Shown here: piece by piece, positions 37,517 through 48,248 of the stretch | How the letters are laid out: every line of letters begins with the position of its first letter | Position numbering within the stretch: position 1 is the first letter of the stretch | Assembly: GCA_047150005.1 (NCBI GenBank) | Contig: AP038806.1 | Coordinates: forward strand, 1,792,001 to 1,856,000 | Direction: 5' to 3' | Length of the DNA: 64,000 bases | DNA from: Nitrospira sp. | GTDB lineage: Bacteria > Nitrospirota > Nitrospiria > Nitrospirales > Nitrospiraceae | The notes under the pieces: generated by a model | What the model saw: only the letters and a program-made list of their open reading frames with translations | Told to the model about the DNA's origin: nothing | Databases searched by the model: none | Program-made: the position numbers and the translations under genes

Positions 37517-39295
37517 ATGGACTACCAAGTCTCAGCCCGTAAATACCGGCCCGGCACGTTCGACGATGTGATCGGTCAGCCGCACGTCGTGCAGACGCTG
37601 ATGAACGCCATTGAGTCGAAGCGGGTGGCGCAGGCCTATCTGTTTTCCGGGACACGAGGTGTCGGCAAGACCACGGTCGCCAGGATTCTTGCCAAGGCGC
37701 TCAACTGCGAGCGCGGGCCGACGGGTTCGCCGTGTGCCGTCTGCGTCAATTGCGTCGAGATCGCGCAGGGGAATTCGGTCGACGTGATCGAGATCGACGG
37801 CGCCTCCAATACTGGCGTGGACGATGTGCGGGAGATCCGGGAAAACGTCAAGTTTGCTCCGTTCAGAGGACAGTATCGGATCTACATCGTCGACGAAGTC
37901 CACATGCTGTCGAACTCCGCGTTCAACGCGCTGCTGAAGACCTTGGAGGAACCTCCGGAGCACGTGGTGTTTATCTTTGCGACCACGGAAATCCACAAGA
38001 TACCGGCGACCATCCTGTCGCGCTGCCAGCATTACAATTTTCGGCGGATCGCCCGGACCGAGATCGTGGAGCGCCTTCGCCACGTGGCGGCGCAGGACGG
38101 CATTACGATCGAAGATCGAAGCCTCGCGGCCTTGGCTCGGGCCAGTGAAGGCAGCATGCGCGACGCCTTGAGTTTACTCGACCAAGCGATGGCGTTCGGG
38201 GGAAAGACGGTCGTCCACGCGGATCTCGAACTCCTGCTGGGGGCCGTGCCCCAAGAACTGGTCCGAGCCATGATCCAAGCCCTCATCGCACAGGACAGCG
38301 CTGCCGCGCTGCACGTCTTGTCGACCCTGTTGGAGCGAGGACACGACCTGCGTGCCTATTGCGCGGAGATCGTCGAATACTTGCGGAACATGCTCGTGGT
38401 CTCGGTCACCGCGCCGCATGAATGGCCGCGGTTGATCGAAGCCTCTTCGGAGGACCTCGCGCAATTCGCGTCGGATAAGGGTTCGTTCAGCCCTGACCAA
38501 CTGCAACAGCTCTTCGCTATTTTTACCCAGGCGGAGGATAGCCTCCGAAGCAGTGCGCATCCTCGGTTCGTGCTGGAGACCGCGTCGGTGAAAGCGACCC
38601 GCCTTCTTCGAAAAGGAGAAGCATCCGCGGGACAACCCGCTCGCCCCCTCGCGCCGGAGCGCCCTTCCGTTCCGGCGGCGCCGCGCGCGGAGAAAGGTCC
38701 CGGGCCCGAGCCACACACGGCCCCGGTGTCGTCGCCGGCGCTTCAGGTGTCCGCAGCGTCCAAAGCATCGGCTGCACAAGACCCCTCTGCCTCCACTGCG
38801 GCGAGGACGGGGACTTCGTCCGCGCGTTCTCCTGCAGAGGCGGCTGCTTCTGGATCGCCCCCGAGCGGCGGTGCGGTGACGCTGAAGTGGGAGCAGTTCC
38901 AAGACGAAGTGGGGCTGGCGTTTCCCAACGTCGCGCCCTTTCTCGAGAGGGGGCGTTTGGTCGGCATTGAGGGCAACGTGATCACGATCGGATTCGACAA
39001 GCAGGCCACTGTGGCGCGGGCCATGCTTGAGAAACCGGACAACATGCAGGCGCTGACCGCGCTCTGCGCGAGACTCAGCGGTCAACCGATGCGGCTTCGC
39101 ATCGTTGAGCAGACGGAGGAGGATCCGCCTGGGCCCACGATGGCGCAGATCAGAGCGGCGAAGGAGCAGGAGCAGCGGCTGGTGCTGTTTGAGCAGGCGC
39201 GCGCCCATCCGGTCGTGAAACGGGCGTTGGAAATCTTCGGAGCAGAACTCACCGACGTCCGACCGGTGACGCGGCAGAAAGAGGTGCAGGAATGA
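37517..39295 (+). CDS. dnaX: DNA polymerase III subunit gamma/tau
   Basis: ARKYRP, GTRGVGKTT, EIDGASN, DEVHML, SRCQ. Confidence 0.97.
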   Translation: MDYQVSARKYRPGTFDDVIGQPHVVQTLMNAIESKRVAQAYLFSGTRGVGKTTVARILAKALNCERGPTGSPCAVCVNCVEIAQGNSVDVIEIDGASNTGVDDVREIRENVKFAPFRGQYRIYIVDEVHMLSNSAFNALLKTLEEPPEHVVFIFATTEIHKIPATILSRCQHYNFRRIARTEIVERLRHVAAQDGITIEDRSLAALARASEGSMRDALSLLDQAMAFGGKTVVHADLELLLGAVPQELVRAMIQALIAQDSAAALHVLSTLLERGHDLRAYCAEIVEYLRNMLVVSVTAPHEWPRLIEASSEDLAQFASDKGSFSPDQLQQLFAIFTQAEDSLRSSAHPRFVLETASVKATRLLRKGEASAGQPARPLAPERPSVPAAPRAEKGPGPEPHTAPVSSPALQVSAASKASAAQDPSASTAARTGTSSARSPAEAAASGSPPSGGAVTLKWEQFQDEVGLAFPNVAPFLERGRLVGIEGNVITIGFDKQATVARAMLEKPDNMQALTALCARLSGQPMRLRIVEQTEEDPPGPTMAQIRAAKEQEQRLVLFEQARAHPVVKRALEIFGAELTDVRPVTRQKEVQE

Positions 39296-39615
39296 AGAAT
39301 CCGTTCGGAAATATGGCCAACATCATGAAGCAGGCGCAGGCCATGCAGCAGCAAATGGCGAAGTTGCAGGAAGAGGCGGCCAACAAAACTGCCACCGGTT
39401 CCGCGGGCGGCGGGACCGTCACCGTGACGGCCAACGGCGCCATGCAGCTCGTTGGGATCAGCATTAATCCCGAAGCGGTCAAGGCCGACGACGTGGAGAT
39501 GCTGCAGGATTTGATTTTGGCCGCGACGAACGAAGCTCTCCGGAAGGCCCATGACATGATGGCCGAACAGATGAAAGCCGTGACCGGCGGCATGAACATG
39601 CCGGGATTGTTTTAG
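39292..39615 (+). CDS. ybaB: YbaB/EbfC nucleoid-associated protein
   Basis: MKQAQAMQ, GSAGGGTV, DVEMLQDLI; dnaX-ybaB-recR order. Confidence 0.95.
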   Translation: MKNPFGNMANIMKQAQAMQQQMAKLQEEAANKTATGSAGGGTVTVTANGAMQLVGISINPEAVKADDVEMLQDLILAATNEALRKAHDMMAEQMKAVTGGMNMPGLF

Positions 39616-39627
39616 GGCCGGACGACG

Positions 39628-40230
39628 ATGGCTGTCGATCAACAGGGATTGCTCGCGCGGCTGGTTCGGGAGCTGGTTCGTCTTCCAGGTATCGGGCAGA
39701 AAACCGCTCAACGACTGGCGTTCCATCTCTTGAAGGCCGAGCGGGAAGACGCGCTGCGATTGGCTGACGCGGTGCGGGCGGTCAAAGACGGCCTTTCGTT
39801 TTGTCGCCAGTGTCGGAACATCGCCGAAGGCGATCTGTGCGAGTTCTGCCTCGACCCGAAGCGTGACCGTTCGCGGATCCTGGTGGTGGAGGAACCCAGT
39901 ACGCTCTATGCGATCGAACGTGCGGGAGGGTATCGCGGCCTGTATCATGTCCTTCTAGGGGCGCTGTCGCCGCTCGACGGCGTCGGACCATCGGACATTC
40001 GCGCCGAGGAACTCATCGACCGGGTCAAGTTGGGCGGCGTTGCGGAAGTGATTTTGGCAACCAATCCGACCATCGAAGGAGAAGCCACGGCGATCTACCT
40101 CACGAATCAACTCAAGCCGTTGGGAACCCGGGTCTCGCGCATTGCCTACGGGATCCCGGTCGGGATGGATATCGAGTATGCCGATGAGGTCACGCTGTTG
40201 AAATCCATCGAGGGTCGGCGGGAGCTGTAG
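39628..40230 (+). CDS. recR: Recombination mediator RecR
   Basis: LPGIGQKTAQRLA, C4 zinc finger, YHVL.G.LSP, EGEATA. Confidence 0.97.
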   Translation: MAVDQQGLLARLVRELVRLPGIGQKTAQRLAFHLLKAEREDALRLADAVRAVKDGLSFCRQCRNIAEGDLCEFCLDPKRDRSRILVVEEPSTLYAIERAGGYRGLYHVLLGALSPLDGVGPSDIRAEELIDRVKLGGVAEVILATNPTIEGEATAIYLTNQLKPLGTRVSRIAYGIPVGMDIEYADEVTLLKSIEGRREL

Positions 40231-40322
40231 AAGTTTTGCGCGGCGCGTTTGCGCGTCCCATTGACCCTCTTTTGGCCCCCCTGGTATAGTCGTTACCGGT
40301 GCCGCCAGGAAGCAATTTTGGT

Positions 40323-40760
40323 ATGAAAGCACGTCCCCACGTCAGACGCACCAGCGGCGCTTCAGTGAAGCCTTCCGTTCCCAAGCGAAAGGTTCAATCT
40401 TCCGACGGCGCCGGGAAGTATTCCACCATACGTAAGGAACTCCAAAAACAGCGGGCCGCCATCTTGGAGGAGGCCGGTGAGGGCCTGACCAAACGAGACG
40501 GTCAAGAGGCGTTTCCGGACGTCAGCGACCAGGCTTCGGCCGAGGTCGATCAGAATTTTACGATGCGCATCAAGGAGCGCGAACAGAAGCTCCTCAAGAA
40601 GATCGATGAAGCGTTGGATCGGATGAAGAAGAGCACCTATGGGATCTGCGAACGGTGCGAAGAAGAAATCCCCTACCAACGGTTGAAAGCCCGTCCTGTC
40701 ACCACCCTCTGTATCGCCTGTAAGACCCTGCAAGAACAAGAAGAACGAGCCCGCCGGTAA
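40323..40760 (+). CDS. dksA: DksA/TraR family transcription factor
   Basis: PDVSDQA coiled-coil tip, YGICERC..RLKARP..LCIAC. Confidence 0.9.
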   Translation: MKARPHVRRTSGASVKPSVPKRKVQSSDGAGKYSTIRKELQKQRAAILEEAGEGLTKRDGQEAFPDVSDQASAEVDQNFTMRIKEREQKLLKKIDEALDRMKKSTYGICERCEEEIPYQRLKARPVTTLCIACKTLQEQEERARR

Positions 40761-40772
40761 ACAGTCCAACCG

Positions 40773-41945
40773 TCAGTGCTTTAATTTCTTGACGCGCTGC
40801 TGCACGAGGGCAATGCGGTCAGCTTCCTCGGGAATGCCGTCCGCCAAGACCAGATAGGTCTCATACTCAGTGAGCGCCCGTTTGGGATTCGCGGGCTCGA
40901 CGGTTTCCGCCAAGTTGAAGCGAGCGATCGCATAGTTGGGTCGCAGGATGATGGCCTTTTCGAAGGCCGCCTGGGCCGCCGTCTTGTCGCCGAGCTTGAG
41001 GTATACCGAGCCGAGATTGTTGAGGGTATCCGGCGTATTGGGCCGGATCGCCAACGACTGCAGCATTTCGCTTTTCGCCTTTTCGTATTGTCCGAGTCCA
41101 AAGAGCGCCTGACCGTATTTGTGGTGAACTTCCGCCTGCCACACTTTATTTGTGAATCCGCTCGAAATAGCCTTCTGGTAGGCGTCCGCCGCAACGCGAT
41201 AATTCTGTGGTCCGCAGTACGAGAGTTGAGCGGCCTGTCCTCGGGCGAACTGCTGGAGCGATGCAAACGGTTCTTTGTCCTCTGATCCCTGTGGATCGAT
41301 CCGTTGTCCTTCCTTCTGGGTGCCGGTCGACTTCAAACGGGCCAGGAACTCGCGGCGGTAGGGAGAGAAAAGTCTGACATAGGGATCGGTCGTGATCGAG
41401 GCCTGCAACAAGGTCGGGCGCTCTCTGAAGCCGATCACTAAATACTGGGTGGTCGTTTTCTCGTCGCCTGTTTCGTAGAGGGCGGAAGAATCGAAGCTCG
41501 ATTCGGTCGACAAGCCCGGGACGTGGAGATAGAATTCCGTGACCGGTTTGAGCAGAGACAGAGTGTGCCGGAGCGTCGGATACGGTTTCAGATCCAGGCC
41601 GCTGCGAAACGTATAGAGGACGCCGGCGAGAATTCCGTCTTCGTCGAAAAAATACGACTCGTCCCCGTGCAGAGGGCTTTGATCGGTGGGGACCATGAAC
41701 TCCTGCCCCGTGCCCCACGGCGTCACTTTCAGGGAAGAGAGCGCATGCCGTTGGAGAAAATGCTCCTTCCGCTCGCACAGCGAATCCGATTTCAAAAGTG
41801 CAAGGTCGCTTTCTGACGGAGGAAGGTTGGCTTGCCGTGGGTTCGGCGTTTCACAGGATCCCAGCAAGAAGGCCAGCCCAACGAGGCATGCGGCAACGAC
41901 ACCGGTTCCGCGAGGAGGTTCGTAGCGCGCTTCCGGAAGAATCAT
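40773..41945 (-). CDS. TPR-repeat lipoprotein
   Basis: LLGSC lipobox; C-terminal TPRs (LNNLGSVY, ARFNLA). Confidence 0.8.
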   Translation of the reverse strand: MILPEARYEPPRGTGVVAACLVGLAFLLGSCETPNPRQANLPPSESDLALLKSDSLCERKEHFLQRHALSSLKVTPWGTGQEFMVPTDQSPLHGDESYFFDEDGILAGVLYTFRSGLDLKPYPTLRHTLSLLKPVTEFYLHVPGLSTESSFDSSALYETGDEKTTTQYLVIGFRERPTLLQASITTDPYVRLFSPYRREFLARLKSTGTQKEGQRIDPQGSEDKEPFASLQQFARGQAAQLSYCGPQNYRVAADAYQKAISSGFTNKVWQAEVHHKYGQALFGLGQYEKAKSEMLQSLAIRPNTPDTLNNLGSVYLKLGDKTAAQAAFEKAIILRPNYAIARFNLAETVEPANPKRALTEYETYLVLADGIPEEADRIALVQQRVKKLKH

Positions 41946-42067
41946 GCAGCCGAGGATACAGAAACTTTCTGGTGTTTGCCAGCCGCGCAACGGCCGTCGA
42001 CTGTGTTCCCTTGAAGGAACGCAGTCGAGGACTCTGACACGTTTAGTTCATTGAGAAGGGAGTCGAA

Positions 42068-42409
42068 TCAGCGACGCTGGTTGTCCAACATCGAGTCTTC
42101 GCTGGTGTAGCCGAAGAGATAGGGTACCTTGCTCGACAAGCCGTAGAAGATCGGGCGGTTAATCCCGTAGTCAAGCGCCTGCCCGGCCGGATGGAGAACA
42201 AAGGCCGTCCACCGCAATGGGTGGTCGTTCAACGGCGCGCCGGCCGCAACATCGGTATAGACCAGCGAGGTACTGTCCATGACACTGTAGATACTGGCAG
42301 GTGCGGCATAATCCCCATTCGCATCGACCGTCTGTTTGTTGGCTGTGCAACCTGCAAGCGCCAGCAGCAGGAGGGCTCCCATGGCACGAGCTGTCGTCTT
42401 CATGTGCAC
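42068..42409 (-). CDS. Small lipoprotein
   Basis: LAGC lipobox, GAGGG RBS. Confidence 0.75.
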   Translation of the reverse strand: MHMKTTARAMGALLLLALAGCTANKQTVDANGDYAAPASIYSVMDSTSLVYTDVAAGAPLNDHPLRWTAFVLHPAGQALDYGINRPIFYGLSSKVPYLFGYTSEDSMLDNQRR

Positions 42410-42539
42410 CCCTCTTAGTCTGTAGAGTTCGATGTAGACGAACTGAAGTGTAGCCGACCTCCGGAGATCTGTCCAGAATTCGGGAGATTTCGGTCGGGAG
42501 AACTCAGACTGGCGGTGGCACAGGCCCTTGCGCCGCAGA

Positions 42540-42614
42540 TGGTGGGCGATACAGGTATCGAACCTGTGGCCTCTTCCGTGTGAAGGAAGCGCTCTGCCAC
42601 TGAGCTAATCGCCC
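42540..42614 (-). tRNA. tRNA-Val(CAC)
   Basis: GGGCGATTAGCTCAGTGG..CTTCC-TTCACAC-GGAAG..GGTTCGATACC, CCA end. Confidence 0.97.
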
Positions 42615-42715
42615 ACGAAAAGCGAGTCTAGCATGGCCCTGGCCGCCGTTCAACGCAAGAACGCTGCCTCTTCTGGGTTTTTCGCGGATTCTTGCGAATG
42701 TCCGTCACGGTTGCC

Positions 42716-42745
42716 TTGACATCCTCAAAATGAGATTCTTACAAT
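42716..42745 (+). promoter_or_regulatory. Putative sigma70 promoter for trmFO-xerC
   Basis: TTGACA-18nt-TACAAT; favours ATG 42784 over 42730 as start. Confidence 0.65.
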
Positions 42746-42783
42746 GCGCATCCTCCTGGAAATCCCTCTTGAGACCCCGGTTC

Positions 42784-44100
42784 ATGCGTCAGGACATCGT
42801 CATTATCGGCGGCGGGTTAGCCGGATCCGAAGCGGCCTGGCAGGCGGCCAACCGCGGGGCCAAAGTCACGCTCTACGAAATGCGTCCGAAGGAAATGACG
42901 CCGGCCCACAAGACGGGGGGCCTGGCCGAACTGGTCTGCTCGAACTCGCTCGGATCCGCGGATTCGACGAGCGCCCCGGGAATCCTGAAAGAGGAAATGC
43001 GCCGGCTCGGTTCGCTGGTCATTCGGGCCGCGGAACAGGCGCGCGTTCCGGCCGGAGCGGCCTTGGCGGTCGATCGGGAACGGTTTTCCTCCCACGTGAC
43101 CCAGGCCCTTGAGAGCCATGGCAACATTCGGATCCTGCATGAGGAGATCACGGAGATTCCTCAGGACTGCGTCTGTGTCATCGCGACGGGACCGTTGACG
43201 TCCGACAAACTATCGCGGGCGATCGGCGCCCTCGCCCACTCGCGCCATCTGTACTTCTATGACGCGATCTCGCCGATCGTCGATGCCGACTCCATCGACA
43301 TGAACGTGGTCTTTCGTGCGTCGCGCTACCAGAAGGGGGGAGACGACTATCTGAACTGCCCGATGGACGAGGCGACGTACGACAAGTTTTACGAAGCCTT
43401 GCTTGTGGCCGAAAAAGTGCAGCCGAAGGAATTCGAAAAAACCCCATATTTCGAGGCCTGTCTTCCGATCGAAGTCATGGCGGAACGCGGGCGTCAGACC
43501 ATGCAGTTCGGGCCGCTGAAACCGGTGGGGCTCCTGGATCCCCGGACCGGGCGACGACCGTTTGCGGTCGTTCAGTTGCGCACGGAGAACTGGCATGGAT
43601 CCTGTTATAACCTGGTCGGGTTCCAGACCAAGCTGACCTATGGCGAGCAGAAGCGGGTCTTTCGGATGATCCCGGGCTTGGAACAGGCGGAATTTCTCCG
43701 CTACGGCAGTCTTCACCGCAATACGTTCATCAATGCGCCCCAGCTGCTTCGCAACACGCTTCAGTTCAAGGGCCGAGAATCGCTGCTGTTCGCCGGGCAG
43801 TTGGTCGGGGTCGAAGGCTATACGGATTCCGCGGCGATGGGAGGGCTCGCGGGAATCAATGCGGCTCGCGCGCTGGCCGGGGAGGCCTTGCTGTCGCCTC
43901 CGCCGACGACCGCTCACGGCAGTCTCGTGGCCCATATCACCACCTCGGATGCCGGGCATTTTCAGCCGATGAACGCGAATTTCGGCCTCTTCCCACCGCT
44001 GACCGCAGTGGTGAGGGATAAATCGCAGAAGCGTCGTCTCATCGCCCAGCGCGCGCTTACGGACTTTGCCGCATGGATGGCGCAATCCGGGCTTTCATAG
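42784..44100 (+). CDS. trmFO: Folate/FAD-dependent tRNA (uracil-5-)-methyltransferase
   Basis: [41 protein letters not shown]. Confidence 0.96.
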   Translation: MRQDIVIIGGGLAGSEAAWQAANRGAKVTLYEMRPKEMTPAHKTGGLAELVCSNSLGSADSTSAPGILKEEMRRLGSLVIRAAEQARVPAGAALAVDRERFSSHVTQALESHGNIRILHEEITEIPQDCVCVIATGPLTSDKLSRAIGALAHSRHLYFYDAISPIVDADSIDMNVVFRASRYQKGGDDYLNCPMDEATYDKFYEALLVAEKVQPKEFEKTPYFEACLPIEVMAERGRQTMQFGPLKPVGLLDPRTGRRPFAVVQLRTENWHGSCYNLVGFQTKLTYGEQKRVFRMIPGLEQAEFLRYGSLHRNTFINAPQLLRNTLQFKGRESLLFAGQLVGVEGYTDSAAMGGLAGINAARALAGEALLSPPPTTAHGSLVAHITTSDAGHFQPMNANFGLFPPLTAVVRDKSQKRRLIAQRALTDFAAWMAQSGLS

Positions 44101-45026
44101 CGTTCCTCCGCGCGGAGCGGCGCGCCTCGCCCGAGACACTGCGCGGCTATACATCGGATCTGCGCCAATTTCACACCTTTCTCCTCGCCCATCGCCTCGC
44201 CATGGCCCCCGTGGATCCCGGCACTCTCTCCCGCGAGGCCGTCCGTGCCTACCTTCAGTGGCTGGATCGAGGCGGGATACGGCGCAGTTCCCTGGCGCGG
44301 AAGCTGGCCAGTCTCCGGAGCTTCTACCGATTCCTGGTGCGGGACGGACTCGTCGCGCGCGATCCCACACGGGATATCCGGACGCCGAAGCAGCCCAAGC
44401 TGCTTCCCCGGGTTCTGACGAAGGAGGAGGCGGCCGCCGTGATGGCAGGTTCCTCCACCAAACGGCCGCAATCGGCGCGCGACTGCGCGTTGCTGGAGAC
44501 GCTCTATTCGACAGGCGCCCGAGTCAGCGAGGTGGTCGCGCTGGACTTGGAAGATGTCCGCCACTCGGATGGGATCGTTCATCTACGGGGAAAGGGGCGA
44601 AAGGAACGGCTCGTGCCGATCGGAGACGTGGCGCTTCGAGCGATCGGCGAATATCTGACGCAGCACCCGATTCCCTCGCGACCGGCCGGTTCCTCGAAGC
44701 AGCCGCGGCTGCCCTTGTTTCGCAATCGCCTGGGAGGACGATTGACGACCAGGAGCGTCGCCCGCATCGTGGCGCGGCATTCCAGCGGCTTGACCGGCGG
44801 TTCGGTCAGCCCCCATACGCTGCGCCATTCGTTTGCGACGCATCTCCTCGACGAAGGAGCGGATTTGCGGTCGATTCAAGAAATGTTGGGGCATGCGTCG
44901 CTAAGTACGACTCAGAAGTATACGCATGTCACGATGGACCAACTCCTGGCCGTCTACGACAAGGCGCATCCGCGAGCCGACGCGGCCACGCGGGACCAGG
45001 AGCGGAAGACGGTCAGGCCGCGCTAG
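44073..45026 (+). CDS. xerC: Tyrosine recombinase XerC
   Basis: [51 protein letters not shown]; trmFO context. Confidence 0.9.
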   Translation: MDGAIRAFIAFLRAERRASPETLRGYTSDLRQFHTFLLAHRLAMAPVDPGTLSREAVRAYLQWLDRGGIRRSSLARKLASLRSFYRFLVRDGLVARDPTRDIRTPKQPKLLPRVLTKEEAAAVMAGSSTKRPQSARDCALLETLYSTGARVSEVVALDLEDVRHSDGIVHLRGKGRKERLVPIGDVALRAIGEYLTQHPIPSRPAGSSKQPRLPLFRNRLGGRLTTRSVARIVARHSSGLTGGSVSPHTLRHSFATHLLDEGADLRSIQEMLGHASLSTTQKYTHVTMDQLLAVYDKAHPRADAATRDQERKTVRPR

Positions 45027-45115
45027 GATCGCCGAAGGTCAGGTCTGTGCGCGTTATCCTGATCGTGATAAGGTAGCGTTCCGAGGACACGCCCACCGTC
45101 TGTGAGGAGCACGGA

Positions 45116-46012
45116 ATGAACAAACTGATCAAGAAAGCCAATGTCCTGATCGAGGCGTTGCCCTACATCCGTACCTTCCGGGGCAAGACCGTCGTGATCA
45201 AGTACGGCGGCAATGCGATGATCGAATCCTCGCTCAAGGAACGGTTCGCGCAGGACGTCGTGCTTCTCAAGTATGTCGGTCTCAACCCGGTGATCATCCA
45301 CGGCGGCGGCCCTCAGATCGACAAGATGCTCGATCGACTCGGCATCGAATCCAAGTTCCTCCACGGCGTCCGTGTGACCAGCGAGGCCACGATGGAGATC
45401 GTGGAAATGGTGTTGGCGGGCAAGATCAACATGGAGATCACCGATCTCATCACCCGGCACGGCGGCAGCGCGGTCGGTCTCAGCGGGAAGGATGGTGGTC
45501 TCATTTTGAGCAGGCCGCTGACCGCCAAAGCTTGGGCGGAAAGCCTGGAACGGGATTTTGACGGAGACGACGCCGAAAGCGATTTCGGATTCGTCGGTGA
45601 TATTGAAAAGGTGGATCCCAGCCTGCTGCTGAAACTCCAGGGCGATCACTATATCCCCGTGATCGCTCCGATCGGGACCGATCGGGAAGGGAATACCTAC
45701 AACATCAATGCCGATTTGGTGGCGGGAGCCATCGCCGGGGCGTTGCGCGCCGAGAAATTGGTGATGATGACGGACATCAAAGGGATTCGAGATGCGAACG
45801 GTCGCCATCTCTCGACCGTTTCCCGGAAAGACGTGCAGCGCATGGTGAAGAAGGGCACGATCACAGAAGGCATGCTTCCGAAAGTCCACGCCTGTTTGGA
45901 TGCCCTCGAGCAGGGTGCCGCCAAGGCGCACATCATCGACGGGCGAACCCCGCACGCCATCCTCCTGGAAATCTTTACTCACAAAGGCATCGGAACCGAA
46001 ATCACGTCCTAA
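45116..46012 (+). CDS. argB: Acetylglutamate kinase
   Basis: EALPYI, VIKYGGNAM, HGGGPQI, NINAD, GMLPK. Confidence 0.96.
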   Translation: MNKLIKKANVLIEALPYIRTFRGKTVVIKYGGNAMIESSLKERFAQDVVLLKYVGLNPVIIHGGGPQIDKMLDRLGIESKFLHGVRVTSEATMEIVEMVLAGKINMEITDLITRHGGSAVGLSGKDGGLILSRPLTAKAWAESLERDFDGDDAESDFGFVGDIEKVDPSLLLKLQGDHYIPVIAPIGTDREGNTYNINADLVAGAIAGALRAEKLVMMTDIKGIRDANGRHLSTVSRKDVQRMVKKGTITEGMLPKVHACLDALEQGAAKAHIIDGRTPHAILLEIFTHKGIGTEITS

Positions 46013-46031
46013 TTAGCGCCGCCACTGTCTA

Positions 46032-46910
46032 GTGTCGACCCGACGCCCCACCATCCTTCGCCATCTTCGGGCGCTCGTGCGTGAACGCCACCCCGATACC
46101 GCGCCGCAAGCATTACGGCAGACTGCCGAGTACCTGACGGACGAATTTTCCAGGCACGGCTGGGCGACGACCCGACGCGCGTTTCGTGCGCGAGGCCGGG
46201 CCTTCAACAACATTCTTGCCGTCTCTCCCTCCGTCGAGCGCCGGGAACGGCCAACGGTGGCGCCGCTCCTCATCGGCGCGCATTACGACACCGTGGCCGG
46301 GAGCCCTGGGGCAGACGACAACGCAAGCGGACTGGTCGTGTTGCTCGAGTTGGCGGATCTCCTGCGCAAAGTCCCGCTGGTCAGGCCCGTGTGGTTGGCG
46401 GCGTTCAACCTCGAAGAAGAAGGACTAGTCGGAAGCAGGGCCTTTGCAAGCGAGCTCCGGCGCGCGAAGCAGCCTTTCGGCGGAGCCATCATCCTGGAGT
46501 GCGTTGGGTACGCCAGACACGAGGACGGATCGCAGCGCCAGCCGCCTGGGATTCCCATTGCCGTTCCCACGATTGGAAATTTTCTCGGCGTGATCGGCAA
46601 TGAGTCCTCCCGTGGGCTGGTCGATGCCATGGTAAGGAGCGCAAAGAGCCGGGTCCCTGCGCTGGACACGGTGAGCATGATCGTCCCGGGCCGCGGAGAA
46701 CATCTTCCCGACACCCGGCGAAGCGACCATGCCGCGTTTTGGGATGAGGGATTCCAGGCGGTCATGTTGACGGATACAGCGAACTTTAGAAATCCCCACT
46801 ACCATCAACCGACCGACGGCATTGAAACCTTGAATCTCGATTTTATCGAGCGGGTAACCGACGCGGTGTCAGCCATGGTTCAGTCGATCCCGGAGCAGGG
46901 TTCCGAATGA
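46032..46910 (+). CDS. M28 family metallopeptidase
   Basis: GAHYD, PGADDNASG, EEEG, RSDH, YHQPTD. Confidence 0.88.
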   Translation: MSTRRPTILRHLRALVRERHPDTAPQALRQTAEYLTDEFSRHGWATTRRAFRARGRAFNNILAVSPSVERRERPTVAPLLIGAHYDTVAGSPGADDNASGLVVLLELADLLRKVPLVRPVWLAAFNLEEEGLVGSRAFASELRRAKQPFGGAIILECVGYARHEDGSQRQPPGIPIAVPTIGNFLGVIGNESSRGLVDAMVRSAKSRVPALDTVSMIVPGRGEHLPDTRRSDHAAFWDEGFQAVMLTDTANFRNPHYHQPTDGIETLNLDFIERVTDAVSAMVQSIPEQGSE

Positions 46911-47632
46911 AGGACCGTCGCGTGATCCAACCCTCGACCAGCGCGGTCATTCGAGGGGTATTCGATCGCCTCGAATATCGGACGCTCGGAAGAGTCTATT
47001 GCTATGAGGGAGGGGATGAATTCTGGCGCGCCAAACGCAAGCCCTGCCTGAAGTTGGGACTTCGCGTTGCCCGTACCCTTGTCTCGAAATTGCCTCGAGC
47101 GGGACGCAGCTTGTATGTCGGGGCGGGCGTGGCGGAATTGCCGGTGCTCTTGGCGGAAGCTCTTGAACTGGGTCGCCAGACCCTGGCGTACAATCTCCGT
47201 CGGCTCGAAGTGGCTGCGCTCAATCGTGTCTGCCGCGGAACCGGCGTGCGCTTCATAGCAACGGACGCTGCCGCGGCGTCAGGCGTCTATGATCACATCT
47301 GGATCGTCAGCGTCTTGAATGACCCTGAGCGATTCCCGCACCTCGCGCCGTTGTCGTATGGACGCGCGGATCCCGTCACCTTCGACCCTGTCGAGTTCCA
47401 AAAAGAGCGTCGAGTCGTGCAGTCGATCGTGGACCGGTGCCTGCCCAAGCTGCGGTTACCGGGAGTGGTGACCACGTCGGTCGAGGAAGTGATATGGGTT
47501 GCCGATTGGTGTCACCGGCGCCGGATTCCCTACCTTGTGGAGCGGCGTCAATATCCCACCGCGTTGGTCGGGGATCCAATCTGTATCATGAGAATCGGGG
47601 CGCGACGGAAAAGAAACCAGCGAAGGCGCTAG
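46907..47632 (+). CDS. Hypothetical protein, possible class I methyltransferase fold
   Basis: ATGA coupling to the M28 gene; SLYVGAGVAE glycine loop and YDHIW. Confidence 0.6.
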   Translation: MKDRRVIQPSTSAVIRGVFDRLEYRTLGRVYCYEGGDEFWRAKRKPCLKLGLRVARTLVSKLPRAGRSLYVGAGVAELPVLLAEALELGRQTLAYNLRRLEVAALNRVCRGTGVRFIATDAAAASGVYDHIWIVSVLNDPERFPHLAPLSYGRADPVTFDPVEFQKERRVVQSIVDRCLPKLRLPGVVTTSVEEVIWVADWCHRRRIPYLVERRQYPTALVGDPICIMRIGARRKRNQRRR

Positions 47633-48168
47633 AGACGAAATCCGGGCGGCGATGAGGAGCCGCCGCCCATGTAGAGTCGCGCATACCTGACGTAATTCTG
47701 AGCGGACTCGCTGATCCAGGCTAATTCCTTTTCCGTCACGGGTCGTTTGACTCTTGCCGGAGAACCCAGGACGAGACTCTTCGGGGGCACGACCGTCCCT
47801 TCGGTGATCAACGAGCCGGCGCCGATGACGGAATCCTCTCCGATCTGCGCCCCGTCCATCACGATCGATCCCATGCCAACTAGGACGCGATCCTTAATCG
47901 TGCACCCGTGCAGCACCACGCTGTGGCCGATCGTGACATCGTCGCCGATGATCAGCGGGTGCGTGTCGTGAGTGACGTGCAACATGGACAGATCCTGAAC
48001 GTTGGTGCGATGTCCGATGCGGATAAAGTGAACGTCGCCCCGGATAACGGCATGGAACCACACACTGCAGTTTTCCCCCATCGCCACGTCACCGATGACG
48101 ATCCCGGTGTCTTCGACGTAGCAGGAGGCAGGAACGGTGGGTGTGATTCCTTGGAAGGTACGAAGCAT
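47629..48168 (-). CDS. Gamma carbonic anhydrase family (YrdA/PaaY-like) protein
   Basis: VIGDV, VIRGD, TNVQD, LHVTH, TIGHSVVLHGC hexapeptide repeats. Confidence 0.92.
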   Translation of the reverse strand: MLRTFQGITPTVPASCYVEDTGIVIGDVAMGENCSVWFHAVIRGDVHFIRIGHRTNVQDLSMLHVTHDTHPLIIGDDVTIGHSVVLHGCTIKDRVLVGMGSIVMDGAQIGEDSVIGAGSLITEGTVVPPKSLVLGSPARVKRPVTEKELAWISESAQNYVRYARLYMGGGSSSPPGFRL

Positions 48169-48174
48169 GGCCTC

Positions 48175-48240
48175 ACGATAGGGGAAGCGGCCACCGTCTG
48201 CAAGCGCTATTTGACAGTCTTTTTGCCGGTCCCGTAGACT
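48175..48240. promoter_or_regulatory. Divergent sigma70 promoters for gamma-CA (-) and rimO (+)
   Basis: Minus: TTGCAG-17nt-TATCGT; plus: TTGACA(48211)-18nt-TAGACT(48235). Confidence 0.6.
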
Positions 48241-48248
48241 GATCGGCC

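Noticed and set aside
37517..39295. Programmed frameshift producing DnaX gamma
   Set aside because: No A-AAA-AAG slippery site or long A-run seen in the linker region
44073..45026. Tyrosine recombinase as the integron integrase for the attC-like sites
   Set aside because: Housekeeping trmFO-xerC context, and no IntI-specific insertion evident before the HxLRH box
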